Below, piece after piece: positions 51,109-58,530 of a stretch of 64,000 bases of DNA. Under the pieces are notes generated by a model. It worked only from the letters and a program-made list of their open reading frames with translations, searched no databases and had not been told where the DNA came from. Made by a program: the position numbers and the translations under genes. Position 1 is the first letter of the stretch, and every line of letters starts with the position of its first letter. The stretch comes from Candidatus Eiseniibacteriota bacterium. Lineage in GTDB: Bacteria > Eisenbacteria > RBG-16-71-46 > SZUA-252. Location of the stretch: positions 2,196,669 through 2,260,668 of the forward strand of contig OY969801.1 of assembly GCA_963703225.1 (NCBI GenBank). The letters are read 5' to 3'.

Positions 51109-51777
51109 ATGGAGAATTACGAACCCTGCGCTGAGTGCGGGGGAATCCATCTCCCCGGGCGCCGCCGCTGCCCGCGCTGCGGTAAGGTGCACGTCGTAGG
51201 GCCGCCAGATCCCGCCCGTGTCCGGTACCTCGCTCTTGACTACGAGTGCCCGGCACCGGTCCTGCGCCTCGAGTATCCGCTCCTGCCGTCGGCGATGGGC
51301 CGGACGGCCATCGTTCCAGCGGTGGACAAATCCGGCCGGGAGCCGAGCGAGCGCTTTCAGGGGGCACTCTTTGCTCACGCCTTGACCGAGCTGTCTGGAT
51401 ATCACGTTCACGTCGGGTTCGGCCCGAAGGAACACCGCGCGGGCGACGAGGATTGCGTCGTGCGCTGGCAGGTCGACGAGGACTTCGACTTTTCCCCGGT
51501 TCAACTCAAGCGCCTCGTATCCGCCGAGACAAACGCCTCGGCCGATCTGGAGCGCGACGTGAACCGGAAGCTGGAGGGAGTCATCGCTCCGACGCTGCAC
51601 TTCGTTTGGACGATCAACCGCGAGATGCTCCTGAAGCCTCGGGAGCTGCGGCTCCCTGGGCTCCAGGTCGCGGGCGTCTGGATCCTCAACTCCGCCGGCC
51701 CCGACGGGACGCGCTGGCACCTCCATGGCGACTTCGTCCACCGCATCGTCGGCCTTGAGCTCCCATACCCGCAATGA
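51109..51777 (+). CDS. Zn-ribbon + putative PD-(D/E)xK-type nuclease
   Basis: N-terminal CAEC..CPRC and a GDEDC..PVQLK motif resembling D..D..QxK nuclease sites. Family assignment is inference. Confidence 0.6.
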   Translation: MENYEPCAECGGIHLPGRRRCPRCGKVHVVGPPDPARVRYLALDYECPAPVLRLEYPLLPSAMGRTAIVPAVDKSGREPSERFQGALFAHALTELSGYHVHVGFGPKEHRAGDEDCVVRWQVDEDFDFSPVQLKRLVSAETNASADLERDVNRKLEGVIAPTLHFVWTINREMLLKPRELRLPGLQVAGVWILNSAGPDGTRWHLHGDFVHRIVGLELPYPQ

Positions 51778-52511
51778 GGGATCCGCACGTCGAGTCCATC
51801 ATCTACCGTCTGGAGGACCCCGACGTATTCTTCGAGGGGGTCCGCGACCTGCCTGTCGACAACCCCGATTTCCGCGGCCTCCTGTCAGACGGTACGCTCA
51901 CGCTCAGGCCGAAAGCCCATTTTTCCACCGTAGAGGAGGCCCGTGTCCCCGCTGACGCGTTCGTGCGGGCTTGGGAGATTTCGGGAGGCCTGGCGCTGGG
52001 TCATCCCGGATTCCAATTCCGCTTCGAGGCCGCCGAAGCCGTAGGCATGGATCCCGACACGGGCAAACCCGTGGATCAATTCACAGCGGTCGTCCCGGCC
52101 GTGGTGACCGCCACTCTCCATGTCCAGGTGCCGAAGGGCACCTACCCGCCTCCCCCTCAGGTCTCGCGCGCCGATCCAGACGCAGAAGCAATGTGGAACC
52201 GGTTCAGCGGGTATCTCGAGGGAAAGGAGCCGCTTCTGGGTATGGCCTACGCCTGCCTCACGATTCTCGAGCGCGGCGAGCATAGAAGGGACGCGGCCGC
52301 CCGGCTCTCGATCAGCCTCGCGGTCTTGAGCAAGTTGGGCAATCTGAGTTCTGCCCGAGGAGACAAGCGGAGCGCGCGGAAGTGGCATCCCCGAAATTCC
52401 CCGCTCACCCCAGATGAGGAAGCTTGGGTTCGGGCCGCCATTCAGGCAATCATCAAGCATCTCCTGACACGGATGTCGGGCCAGAAGCTCTCGATGAGCG
52501 ATGTTCTATAG
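51774..52511 (+). CDS. Hypothetical protein translationally coupled (ATGA) to the upstream nuclease-like gene, possibly HEPN-like
   Basis: 245 aa. Helical C-terminal half with an Rx5H-like RSARKWH motif. Confidence 0.7.
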   Translation: MRDPHVESIIYRLEDPDVFFEGVRDLPVDNPDFRGLLSDGTLTLRPKAHFSTVEEARVPADAFVRAWEISGGLALGHPGFQFRFEAAEAVGMDPDTGKPVDQFTAVVPAVVTATLHVQVPKGTYPPPPQVSRADPDAEAMWNRFSGYLEGKEPLLGMAYACLTILERGEHRRDAAARLSISLAVLSKLGNLSSARGDKRSARKWHPRNSPLTPDEEAWVRAAIQAIIKHLLTRMSGQKLSMSDVL

Positions 52512-52559
52512 CTTTCAGTTTGGTTTCAGGGCCTCTGGACTCGCTGTAAGGCCTCGGCC

Positions 52560-52965
52560 ATGAGTTCCAAGGGCGGCAGTGCCAGTAAGGGCGGCGAGGA
52601 GGCGAAGCGCGGCAAGATCTCCGAGAAGCGGATTCCGTTCGAGTCGGGCGATTTCTATCTCATCATCGCGCGGCGGGCGCTGGAGGAGGCGCTGCCCCCC
52701 CGACGGCGTCCATCTCGGCGGGTGGACTTTCAGCGAGGAGCCGCTCGTCGAGAAGCTGCCGTCGGATCACTTCCGGTTCGCGGTGACGTGGGCCCTCACC
52801 AACGCAGCCCGGAGGTTCGCATGGGACTCCGCGCCGGGTGGGGAGGACCTGAGGCGGGCCGGGCAGACAATCTCTACACTTTCTGGGCCGCTCCCCATGA
52901 GCCGCCCTACGAATGGAGAATCCCAACGAACGCGCGAGGGCTCCACGAGCCAAAGCTGGGGGTAG
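52560..52965 (+). pseudogene. Short hypothetical gene with a frameshift in a C7 run, reading into repeat copy 2
   Basis: MSSKGG..RRALEEALPP then, in the +1 frame after 52695-52701, DGVHLGGWTFSEEPLVEKLPSDHFRFAVTWALTNAARRFAWDSAPGGEDLRRA. Confidence 0.45.
52794..52870 (+). repeat. Dispersed direct repeat, copy 2 (core only)
   Basis: cctcacc..cagcccggaggttcgcatgggactccgcgccgggtggggaggacctgaggcgggccgggcagacaa. Confidence 0.92.
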
Positions 52966-52985
52966 CCCGTCCCCAACCCTGTTGC

Positions 52986-53015
52986 TGGACAACCCGTTAA
53001 CGGGGTGGGTACACT
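52986..53015 (+). promoter_or_regulatory. Promoter of the FRG gene with a palindrome in the spacer
   Basis: TGGACA-18 nt-TACACT. The spacer holds the perfect 12-bp palindrome cccgttaacggg. Confidence 0.45.
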
Positions 53016-53022
53016 GCCCGGC

Positions 53023-54045
53023 ATGAAAAATCCGCCACGAGAGCCAACCCTCATCGATCTCATCGAATCGGGCGAGGCTAATGACGGCATCGTCCAGGTG
53101 CAGGTGAAAACCTGGCCCGCCTTTGTGGAATACGTGAGGCTTCTTGGAATCAACCCCAGCTTCATTTGGCGGGGACAGCGTAGAAGTGATTGGGACCTGA
53201 CGGCTCTGCTCTATCGAGAGCAAGCGCTGGGTGGACTCGGAGTCCCTCGGGACAAGGAAGGGGAGGCAATGATGTACCGCCACCTCGAGGCGTTCAAACG
53301 TGCGGCTCGTGGTCGCCGAGGGCCGAATCCTCCACCTCTTGCGAACGAGAACGACTGGTGGGCCCTTGGCCAACACTACGGCCTCGCAACTCCCCTGATC
53401 GACTGGACGGGGTCCCCGTTTGCCGCCGCGTACTTCGCGTTCTACGAGAGTGTTCCTAAGGATGAGACTCCGGAGCGGGCTATCTTTGCGCTGGATCGTG
53501 CCACCGTGAGGCGAGAGTGGATGGACCGCTGGACCGAGATCGTGTTGCGGGAACGGGCCCACATTCAGATGCAGCGCCGCGCGACTGACAAAGCAGCGCT
53601 CACTATGAGCACGACGTTCAAGGGACCGGGGCAAATTCAGGATGAGCTTGAGGAAGAGGAACGAGAGGCGCGAGTGGAGGAGCAGAGGCGCAGAGAGCGG
53701 CATCGCAGCGAGAATCCGCTCATGGACTTCGTCGAGCCCCTGGGGGATGAGAATACCCGGCTCGTGAATCAGAACGGCATGTTCACGCGAACGCAGGACG
53801 GGGTGGATGTCGGGGCGTACGTCAAGAGGATGTTTGCCGGGCGCGACGACACGATCCTCTTCAAGATCACAATCCCAAATTCGGAGCGCGAGACCGCGAT
53901 GTGTGCGCTCAACCAGATGAATATCAACCACGCGACGCTCTTCCCAGATCTGTATGGCGCAGGGACGTTCTGCAATATGCGGTGGAAGATTCCGGGCTAC
54001 GCCGACCTCTACGACGTTCCAATACCGCCCGAGTTCGTGGCTTAG
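53023..54045 (+). CDS. FRG domain protein
   Basis: FIWRGQ..W.L, WWALGQHYGLATPLIDWTGSPFAAAYFAF, RLVNQNGMFT, LNQMNINHATLFPDLYG. Confidence 0.93.
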   Translation: MKNPPREPTLIDLIESGEANDGIVQVQVKTWPAFVEYVRLLGINPSFIWRGQRRSDWDLTALLYREQALGGLGVPRDKEGEAMMYRHLEAFKRAARGRRGPNPPPLANENDWWALGQHYGLATPLIDWTGSPFAAAYFAFYESVPKDETPERAIFALDRATVRREWMDRWTEIVLRERAHIQMQRRATDKAALTMSTTFKGPGQIQDELEEEEREARVEEQRRRERHRSENPLMDFVEPLGDENTRLVNQNGMFTRTQDGVDVGAYVKRMFAGRDDTILFKITIPNSERETAMCALNQMNINHATLFPDLYGAGTFCNMRWKIPGYADLYDVPIPPEFVA

Positions 54046-54233
54046 CATTCCTCCTCCAGCGACTTCATGTGGCGCTCGAACTCCTCCCGGTTGAACCGAA
54101 GCGTCAGCTTGACCCCGCCCAACGCGGTTCGGTCTCTCCTCTCCCGACATCTAGGTAACGGAAAATCTTCGGCACCGACGCGGAAGGAAAATCTGTGGGG
54201 CGTCGCTTACGTGTTTGGGGCACGAGGAAGTCG

Positions 54234-54362
54234 ACCCTCTTAGCCCAGAGGTTCGCATGGGACTCCGCGCCGGGTGGTGAGGACCTGAGGCGGGCCAGCG
54301 GGCAGGCAAAGCGACCGAGGACCCTTCTCCCCGGGTGATCGCCCGTCGTGGGGGCAATCCGC
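54234..54362 (+). repeat. Dispersed direct repeat, copy 3 (about 130 bp)
   Basis: Colinear with copy 1 from accctct to ggcaatccgc, with about 9 mismatches in the first 83 nt. Confidence 0.92.
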
Positions 54363-54608
54363 TTCCTATCGAGGCATAGCTACCCCTAGAATTAGGTTCA
54401 GAGCGGTAGGGAGGCATCCAAGTACGGCTACAGACACGCCCCGCATCCACTCCGGGGGTAAGTCGCTCATTCGTCGCGGGAATGTCGCGGATCGAAATGG
54501 TGACTTTCTCCAATACTGGTGCGGGTTGTCGCGGTGTCGCGTTTCATTTGGAGGAGTGAGAAGAAAGGAGAGCAGGGGGAGCAGAAACAGGGTGGGCCTG
54601 GGCGGTTA

Positions 54609-54630
54609 GGTTACCGAATGGTGACCGCAG
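54609..54630. repeat. Tandem 11-bp-period arm-type site at the other island end
   Basis: ggttaccgaat-ggtgaccgcag, same orientation as 47321-47342. Confidence 0.6.
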
Positions 54631-54687
54631 CCTGTAGATCGCTAGCGAGGACCTGATCTTCGAGGAACCGCAATTCATTGCAGGTCA

Positions 54688-54775
54688 TGGCGGAGGGGGT
54701 AGGATTCGAACCCACGGTGCCTTGCGGCACAGCGGTTTTCAAGACCGCCGCCTTAAACCACTCGGCCACCCCTCC
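54688..54775 (-). tRNA. tRNA-Ser(TGA), intact
   Basis: gcggt-CTTGAAA-accgc, variable arm, TTCGAAT, CCA. Confidence 0.97.
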
Positions 54776-54940
54776 GCGCGCTGCAGTGCAGCATCTTAGC
54801 TGAAACGACGGCGGTGGCGCTCGCGGGCAACAACGCTTATGCCGCGCATACGCGGGACGATTTGGGGCCGACTTGCTCGCGCGGAAGTATCCGAGGGCGA
54901 ATCGCATTGACATCGTCAGGCCCGCGACACCGCAGCGCGC

Positions 54941-56965
54941 CTACTGAAGTACCGCGATCCGTCCTGTGAGCGCTCCGTCGGGTGTATCCACTCGGTAGAA
55001 GTACACGCCGGAAGAGACGCCACCGCCACCCGCCCCACCTACGTCGATCCTCACTTCGTGGAATCCAGCCGGCAGCACGCATCGCGGGAGGAGCGCCCGT
55101 ACCAGCCGCCCCTGAAGGTCGAAGAGCTGCACACCGACCGTTCCTGGCCGCGATGTCTTGAACGTCAATGTGCCTGCCGGGTTCAGGGGATTGGGGACGA
55201 CCAAAGCACCGCCGGTACGTCGGGGCGGCTCCACAAGCCGCACCAGGTCGGAGCCCCCGAACCGCTGCCCCGTTATCAGCGATCCCGTTACCGCCACTTC
55301 ATTCACCCCCGGCACGAGGTGAGGCAGCAGTGCATCTCGGCTGAACTTGAGCATCAGCTCTGGAATCCCGTCCTTGTCGAAGTCCCCTCCCGCTCTGGGT
55401 CTCGCCTCTGCGGGCACGGACCCCGCGAGGCGAACGGAGGAGATGTCGACGGCCTGCGGGTCGAACTCGCTGGACTCGATGTAGGCGGTCAGCCGGGCGC
55501 CGCCTCCCGATGCGTGGATCACGTTCGGGTCCAGATTCAGTGCGGCCGCGAGCAAGGCGCGTGGCGTGCCCAGGACAAACGCGCGTCCGGCGTCCGGCCC
55601 TCCGCTGTCGCTCCCGTGCGCTCCCACGACCAGGTCCGCGCGACCGTCGTCGTCCACGTCGCCAGCCGTCCCGACGGAGGAGCCGAAGAAATCGTCCGCG
55701 GGCGCCGTGAGCACGAGATCGGGAGAGGCGTCGGCGCTCGGGCCACCGAGGTAGACGCACACGCGACCCGGTCGCTCCGAGCCGGCGACAAAGTGGGACG
55801 ATCCCGCGAGGATGTCGGCGTAACCGTCTCCGTCCACGTCCCCCGCGGTTCCCACCGAAACTCCGAAGAAGAGGGAGGGCGGCTCTCCAGCAAGCGTGAG
55901 GTCCGCCAGGGCGTCTGCTGCGGGCCCCCCGTAGTACACGTACGCGCGTCCCGCCTTTTCTCCGTCGTCACTGTTGAAGGGCGCGCCCACCATGATGTCG
56001 GCGTATCCATCACTGTTCACGTCTCCCGCTGTCCCAACAGAGGACCCGAACTGGTCGGCCTCCCCGGCTCCGGTGAGAACGAGATCCGCCGTTGCGTCCG
56101 CACCGGGACCGCCAAAGTACACGTAGGCACGGCCTGCGTCCCCCCCGCCCGAGGCGTTCGTCGGAGCGCCTACGATGAGGTCAGCGTATCCATCACCGTT
56201 CACGTCCCTCGCCGCTCCGACCGAGGCGCCGAAGTGATCGCCTTCGACTTCGCCGCTGAGAACGAGGTCAGGCACGGCGTCGGCGCGCGGCCCGCCGAAA
56301 TACACGTAGGCGCTACCCGCCAGGCCCTCCCCCGGTTGACAGACTCTTCCAAAGATGTCGCAAGGGTCGGCCGGCGCGCCGACGATAACGTCGTCATAGC
56401 CGTCCCCGTTCCAGTCCCCGGCGGCCCCCACGGCGACCCCGAACCCCTCCGATGCCACCATCCGCGTGAGGACAAGGTCGGCGACGACGTCCGGAGGCGT
56501 ACCCCCGTAGTATACGTAGGCTCGATCACTCGCGCCCACGATCACGTCGGCATAGCCGTCCCCGTTCACGTCGCCGGCTGCGGCGACGGCGGCCCCAAGC
56601 CCGAGTCCCGCCGACGTGCCGGTGAACGCTATGCCTGCTACTCCGTCGGTACGGGGGCCACCGTAATACAGGTAAGCTCGCCCCGCCTGGCTGCCACCGG
56701 CATCGTTTCCGTGCGCACCGATGATCACGTCGGCGTAGCCGTCCCCGTTCACGTCGCCGGCCGCGGCGACGGCCGAGCCCAGGTCGTCGCCGGCGGCCTC
56801 GCCCGTCACGACGAACAGGGTGTCGACGGAGATCGCCTGGACCTCAGGCGCGCCCGCAAACAGGAGGAGGCCTACCGTGATCGGGAAAAGTGCGGCGGCG
56901 CCTGGGGCCGGCCCGAGGCGATAGTCGGTTCGACAATGCAATAGGAACGTGCGCATCGCAGCCAT
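54941..56965 (-). CDS. Secreted FG-GAP (integrin beta-propeller) repeat protein with FlgD-Ig/T9SS-type C-terminal domain
   Basis: About 7 repeats of FGxxVxxAGDVNGDGYADxIVGA..GRAYVYxGG. C-terminal PNPLNP..LFDLQGRLVR..SSGVYFYRV. AAAGGAG RBS before ATG 56965. Confidence 0.9.
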   Translation of the reverse strand: MAAMRTFLLHCRTDYRLGPAPGAAALFPITVGLLLFAGAPEVQAISVDTLFVVTGEAAGDDLGSAVAAAGDVNGDGYADVIIGAHGNDAGGSQAGRAYLYYGGPRTDGVAGIAFTGTSAGLGLGAAVAAAGDVNGDGYADVIVGASDRAYVYYGGTPPDVVADLVLTRMVASEGFGVAVGAAGDWNGDGYDDVIVGAPADPCDIFGRVCQPGEGLAGSAYVYFGGPRADAVPDLVLSGEVEGDHFGASVGAARDVNGDGYADLIVGAPTNASGGGDAGRAYVYFGGPGADATADLVLTGAGEADQFGSSVGTAGDVNSDGYADIMVGAPFNSDDGEKAGRAYVYYGGPAADALADLTLAGEPPSLFFGVSVGTAGDVDGDGYADILAGSSHFVAGSERPGRVCVYLGGPSADASPDLVLTAPADDFFGSSVGTAGDVDDDGRADLVVGAHGSDSGGPDAGRAFVLGTPRALLAAALNLDPNVIHASGGGARLTAYIESSEFDPQAVDISSVRLAGSVPAEARPRAGGDFDKDGIPELMLKFSRDALLPHLVPGVNEVAVTGSLITGQRFGGSDLVRLVEPPRRTGGALVVPNPLNPAGTLTFKTSRPGTVGVQLFDLQGRLVRALLPRCVLPAGFHEVRIDVGGAGGGGVSSGVYFYRVDTPDGALTGRIAVLQ

Positions 56966-57126
56966 GGAACGCTCCTTTCCGCAAAGGCCGGAGCGGGGGA
57001 CCGGATCTGGAGGGACGCTGGCGCCGGATCGGAACGCGTCACCTGGGGGAGGTGTACGCGCCTCCAACAATCGATTCTAACATCCCGCCGATCATACGCC
57101 CACCTAACCCAACGGCATCGGAGTGC

Positions 57127-57146
57127 TGCTACAGTTTTGCTACAGT
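57127..57146. repeat. Tandem 11-bp-period repeat (tgctacagt x2), arm-site-like
   Basis: tgctacagttt-tgctacagt. An inverted-orientation relative (tgtagt x2) lies at 57381-57398. Confidence 0.55.
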
Positions 57147-57193
57147 CTCAATGCTCCCAAAGACGCCCCACCAGCTACCGCGGGCTCCGGACG

Positions 57194-57234
57194 CGAGAAC
57201 GCCCCGCAGGGCCCAACCCCTTGGGGCGTTCTCG
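57194..57234. terminator. 12-bp perfect inverted repeat next to the 5' tRNA half
   Basis: cgagaacgcccc-17 nt-ggggcgttctcg. Confidence 0.5.
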
Positions 57235-57289
57235 AACAGCTTGAGCGAAGCGGACTTGGCCGGCCCCCGGCATCCCGGGCCATATCGAA

Positions 57290-57328
57290 TTTCAAGACCG
57301 CCGCCTTAAACCACTCGGCCACCCCTCC
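57290..57328 (-). pseudogene. 5' half of tRNA-Ser(TGA)
   Basis: 39 nt identical to 54737-54775 (plus 4 shared upstream nt), ending exactly at the last base of the anticodon loop. Confidence 0.95.
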
Positions 57329-57458
57329 GCGCTTGCGACGCAACAGGATATGCGATCCCCCTAGAACATGCACGGAGCGGTGTAGTCTACGATGTAGTTT
57401 CCCGCACGGAAAACCGCGTCCGCGTAGAGCCAGGCGGCCGACCGCGAGATCGACGACT

Positions 57459-57974
57459 TCATGACCGTCCCACGCTCGCGCCCAGGGTGACGAGAAGCTC
57501 GTCCAGTTGCTCGAACGTCTCTCCCATCGCATCCGCCGCCCCGGTGCCGGCGGCGTCGAGAGCTTCCTTCGAGGGATAGAACTCGCGCATGACCAGCAAC
57601 GTCTTGCCGCCTTTTTCCGCGAAGGTCACCGTCGTGACGGAACCCTCGTCACTTTCCTCATTGGTCCAGACGAGGCGCGAGTGCGGTGCTACTTCCTTGT
57701 ACGTGCCGAAGAACGCCGACTGTGAGTCCCCGTGTGCGAACTCCAAACGGTACCTGCCCCCGACACGAACATCCATTTCGCAGGAAAGCAGGGACATTCC
57801 CATCGACTTCGGCACCCACCACTGCCTGAACAGCTCGGGCTTGGTCCACGCCTCGAACACGAGGCGCGCCGGGCCGTTGAAGGTTCGTGTAACGACTAAC
57901 TCCCGCTCGGACTTCCGTTCCACCGTCGTGCGGTTCTCCATGGGGGTAGGCTCACTCTCTCTTCTTGCGTCCAT
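57459..57974 (-). CDS. SRPBCC (Aha1/START-like) family protein
   Basis: ELVVTRTFNGPARLVFEAWTKPELFRQWW, CEMDVRVGGRYR, EQLDELL. Confidence 0.93.
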   Translation of the reverse strand: MDARRESEPTPMENRTTVERKSERELVVTRTFNGPARLVFEAWTKPELFRQWWVPKSMGMSLLSCEMDVRVGGRYRLEFAHGDSQSAFFGTYKEVAPHSRLVWTNEESDEGSVTTVTFAEKGGKTLLVMREFYPSKEALDAAGTGAADAMGETFEQLDELLVTLGASVGRS

Positions 57975-58317
57975 CGACCTTCTCCTTCCGTTTTAGTTCC
58001 TCAACAACTCTGTCCAGCTCGTCGAAGCGTGCATCCCAGAGCTGGCGGTACCTCTTGATCCATGCCGACTCTTCCTCCAGTCGGCGCAGGCCGAGCTTGC
58101 AGGTCCGCACGCGCCCGACCTTCTCCGTGGTGACGAGACCCGCCTGCTCCAAGACGCCGACGTGCTTCTTCATGCCCGTCAGGGTCATGTGGAATTTCTC
58201 GGCAAGGTCCGTGATCGAAGCGTCCGCACGCCCGAGCTGCTCCAGAACGCCGCGTCGGGTGGCGTCCGAGAGCGCTGCGAACGAGGCATCGAAGCCGGTC
58301 CGGACATACTGAACCAT
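57952..58317 (-). CDS. ArsR/SmtB family transcriptional regulator
   Basis: FAALSDATRRGVL, KHVGVLEQAGLV, GRVRTCKL, WDARFDELD. Confidence 0.94.
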   Translation of the reverse strand: MVQYVRTGFDASFAALSDATRRGVLEQLGRADASITDLAEKFHMTLTGMKKHVGVLEQAGLVTTEKVGRVRTCKLGLRRLEEESAWIKRYRQLWDARFDELDRVVEELKRKEKVDGRKKRE

Positions 58318-58329
58318 GTGGTTCAGTAT
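58306..58329. promoter_or_regulatory. ArsR autoregulatory operator (11-2-11 perfect palindrome over the start codon)
   Basis: atactgaacca-tg-tggttcagtat. Confidence 0.8.
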
Positions 58330-58530
58330 ATAACACGGAAAAGCAGCATGCAAGGGGAGGCTGAGCGCGCGCTGCGCGGCGCACGCGCGCGCTGAAGTTC
58401 CCTCGAGGCGCCGTCGCGGCACAACTCCTCTTGAGCCGGTGACATCTGTCCTGCATGATTACCGCTAGGATGCCACCCACGCCAGCGGCGCGGTGGAACA
58501 AGAATCGGCCCGCACGCTTCGTAAGTCACG

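Larger units (their letters stand above)
47144..54775. mobile_element. tRNA-Ser(TGA)-integrated genomic island, about 7.5 kb, no recognisable integrase
   Basis: Bounded by the intact tRNA and its 59-bp 3' duplicate. Matching ggtgaccgc tandem motifs near both ends, nuclease-like cargo, atypical composition by eye. Confidence 0.85.

Noticed and set aside
54042-54146. Tiny minus-strand ORF (MSGEERPN..LGGVKLTLRFNREEFERHMKSLEEEC)
   Set aside because: Needs an assumed indel to be continuous, is only about 35 aa, and has no recognisable family. Too weak to call.
50861-54362. Repeat as HDV-like or hammerhead ribozyme, group II intron end, or integron attC
   Set aside because: cgcatgggac resembles the HDV 3' end, but no upstream P2/P3/L3 partner is conserved. 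No CUGANGA/GAAA core, no domain V motif, no R''/R' boxes.
54688-54775. tRNA-Sec (because selA is present and TGA appears in the anticodon)
   Set aside because: The anticodon is TGA (reads UCA, Ser), not TCA, and the acceptor stem is the standard 7 bp.
55500-56800. Recurrent DNA motif gtccccgttcacgtcgccggc
   Set aside because: Explained by FG-GAP protein repeats (AGDVNGDG).
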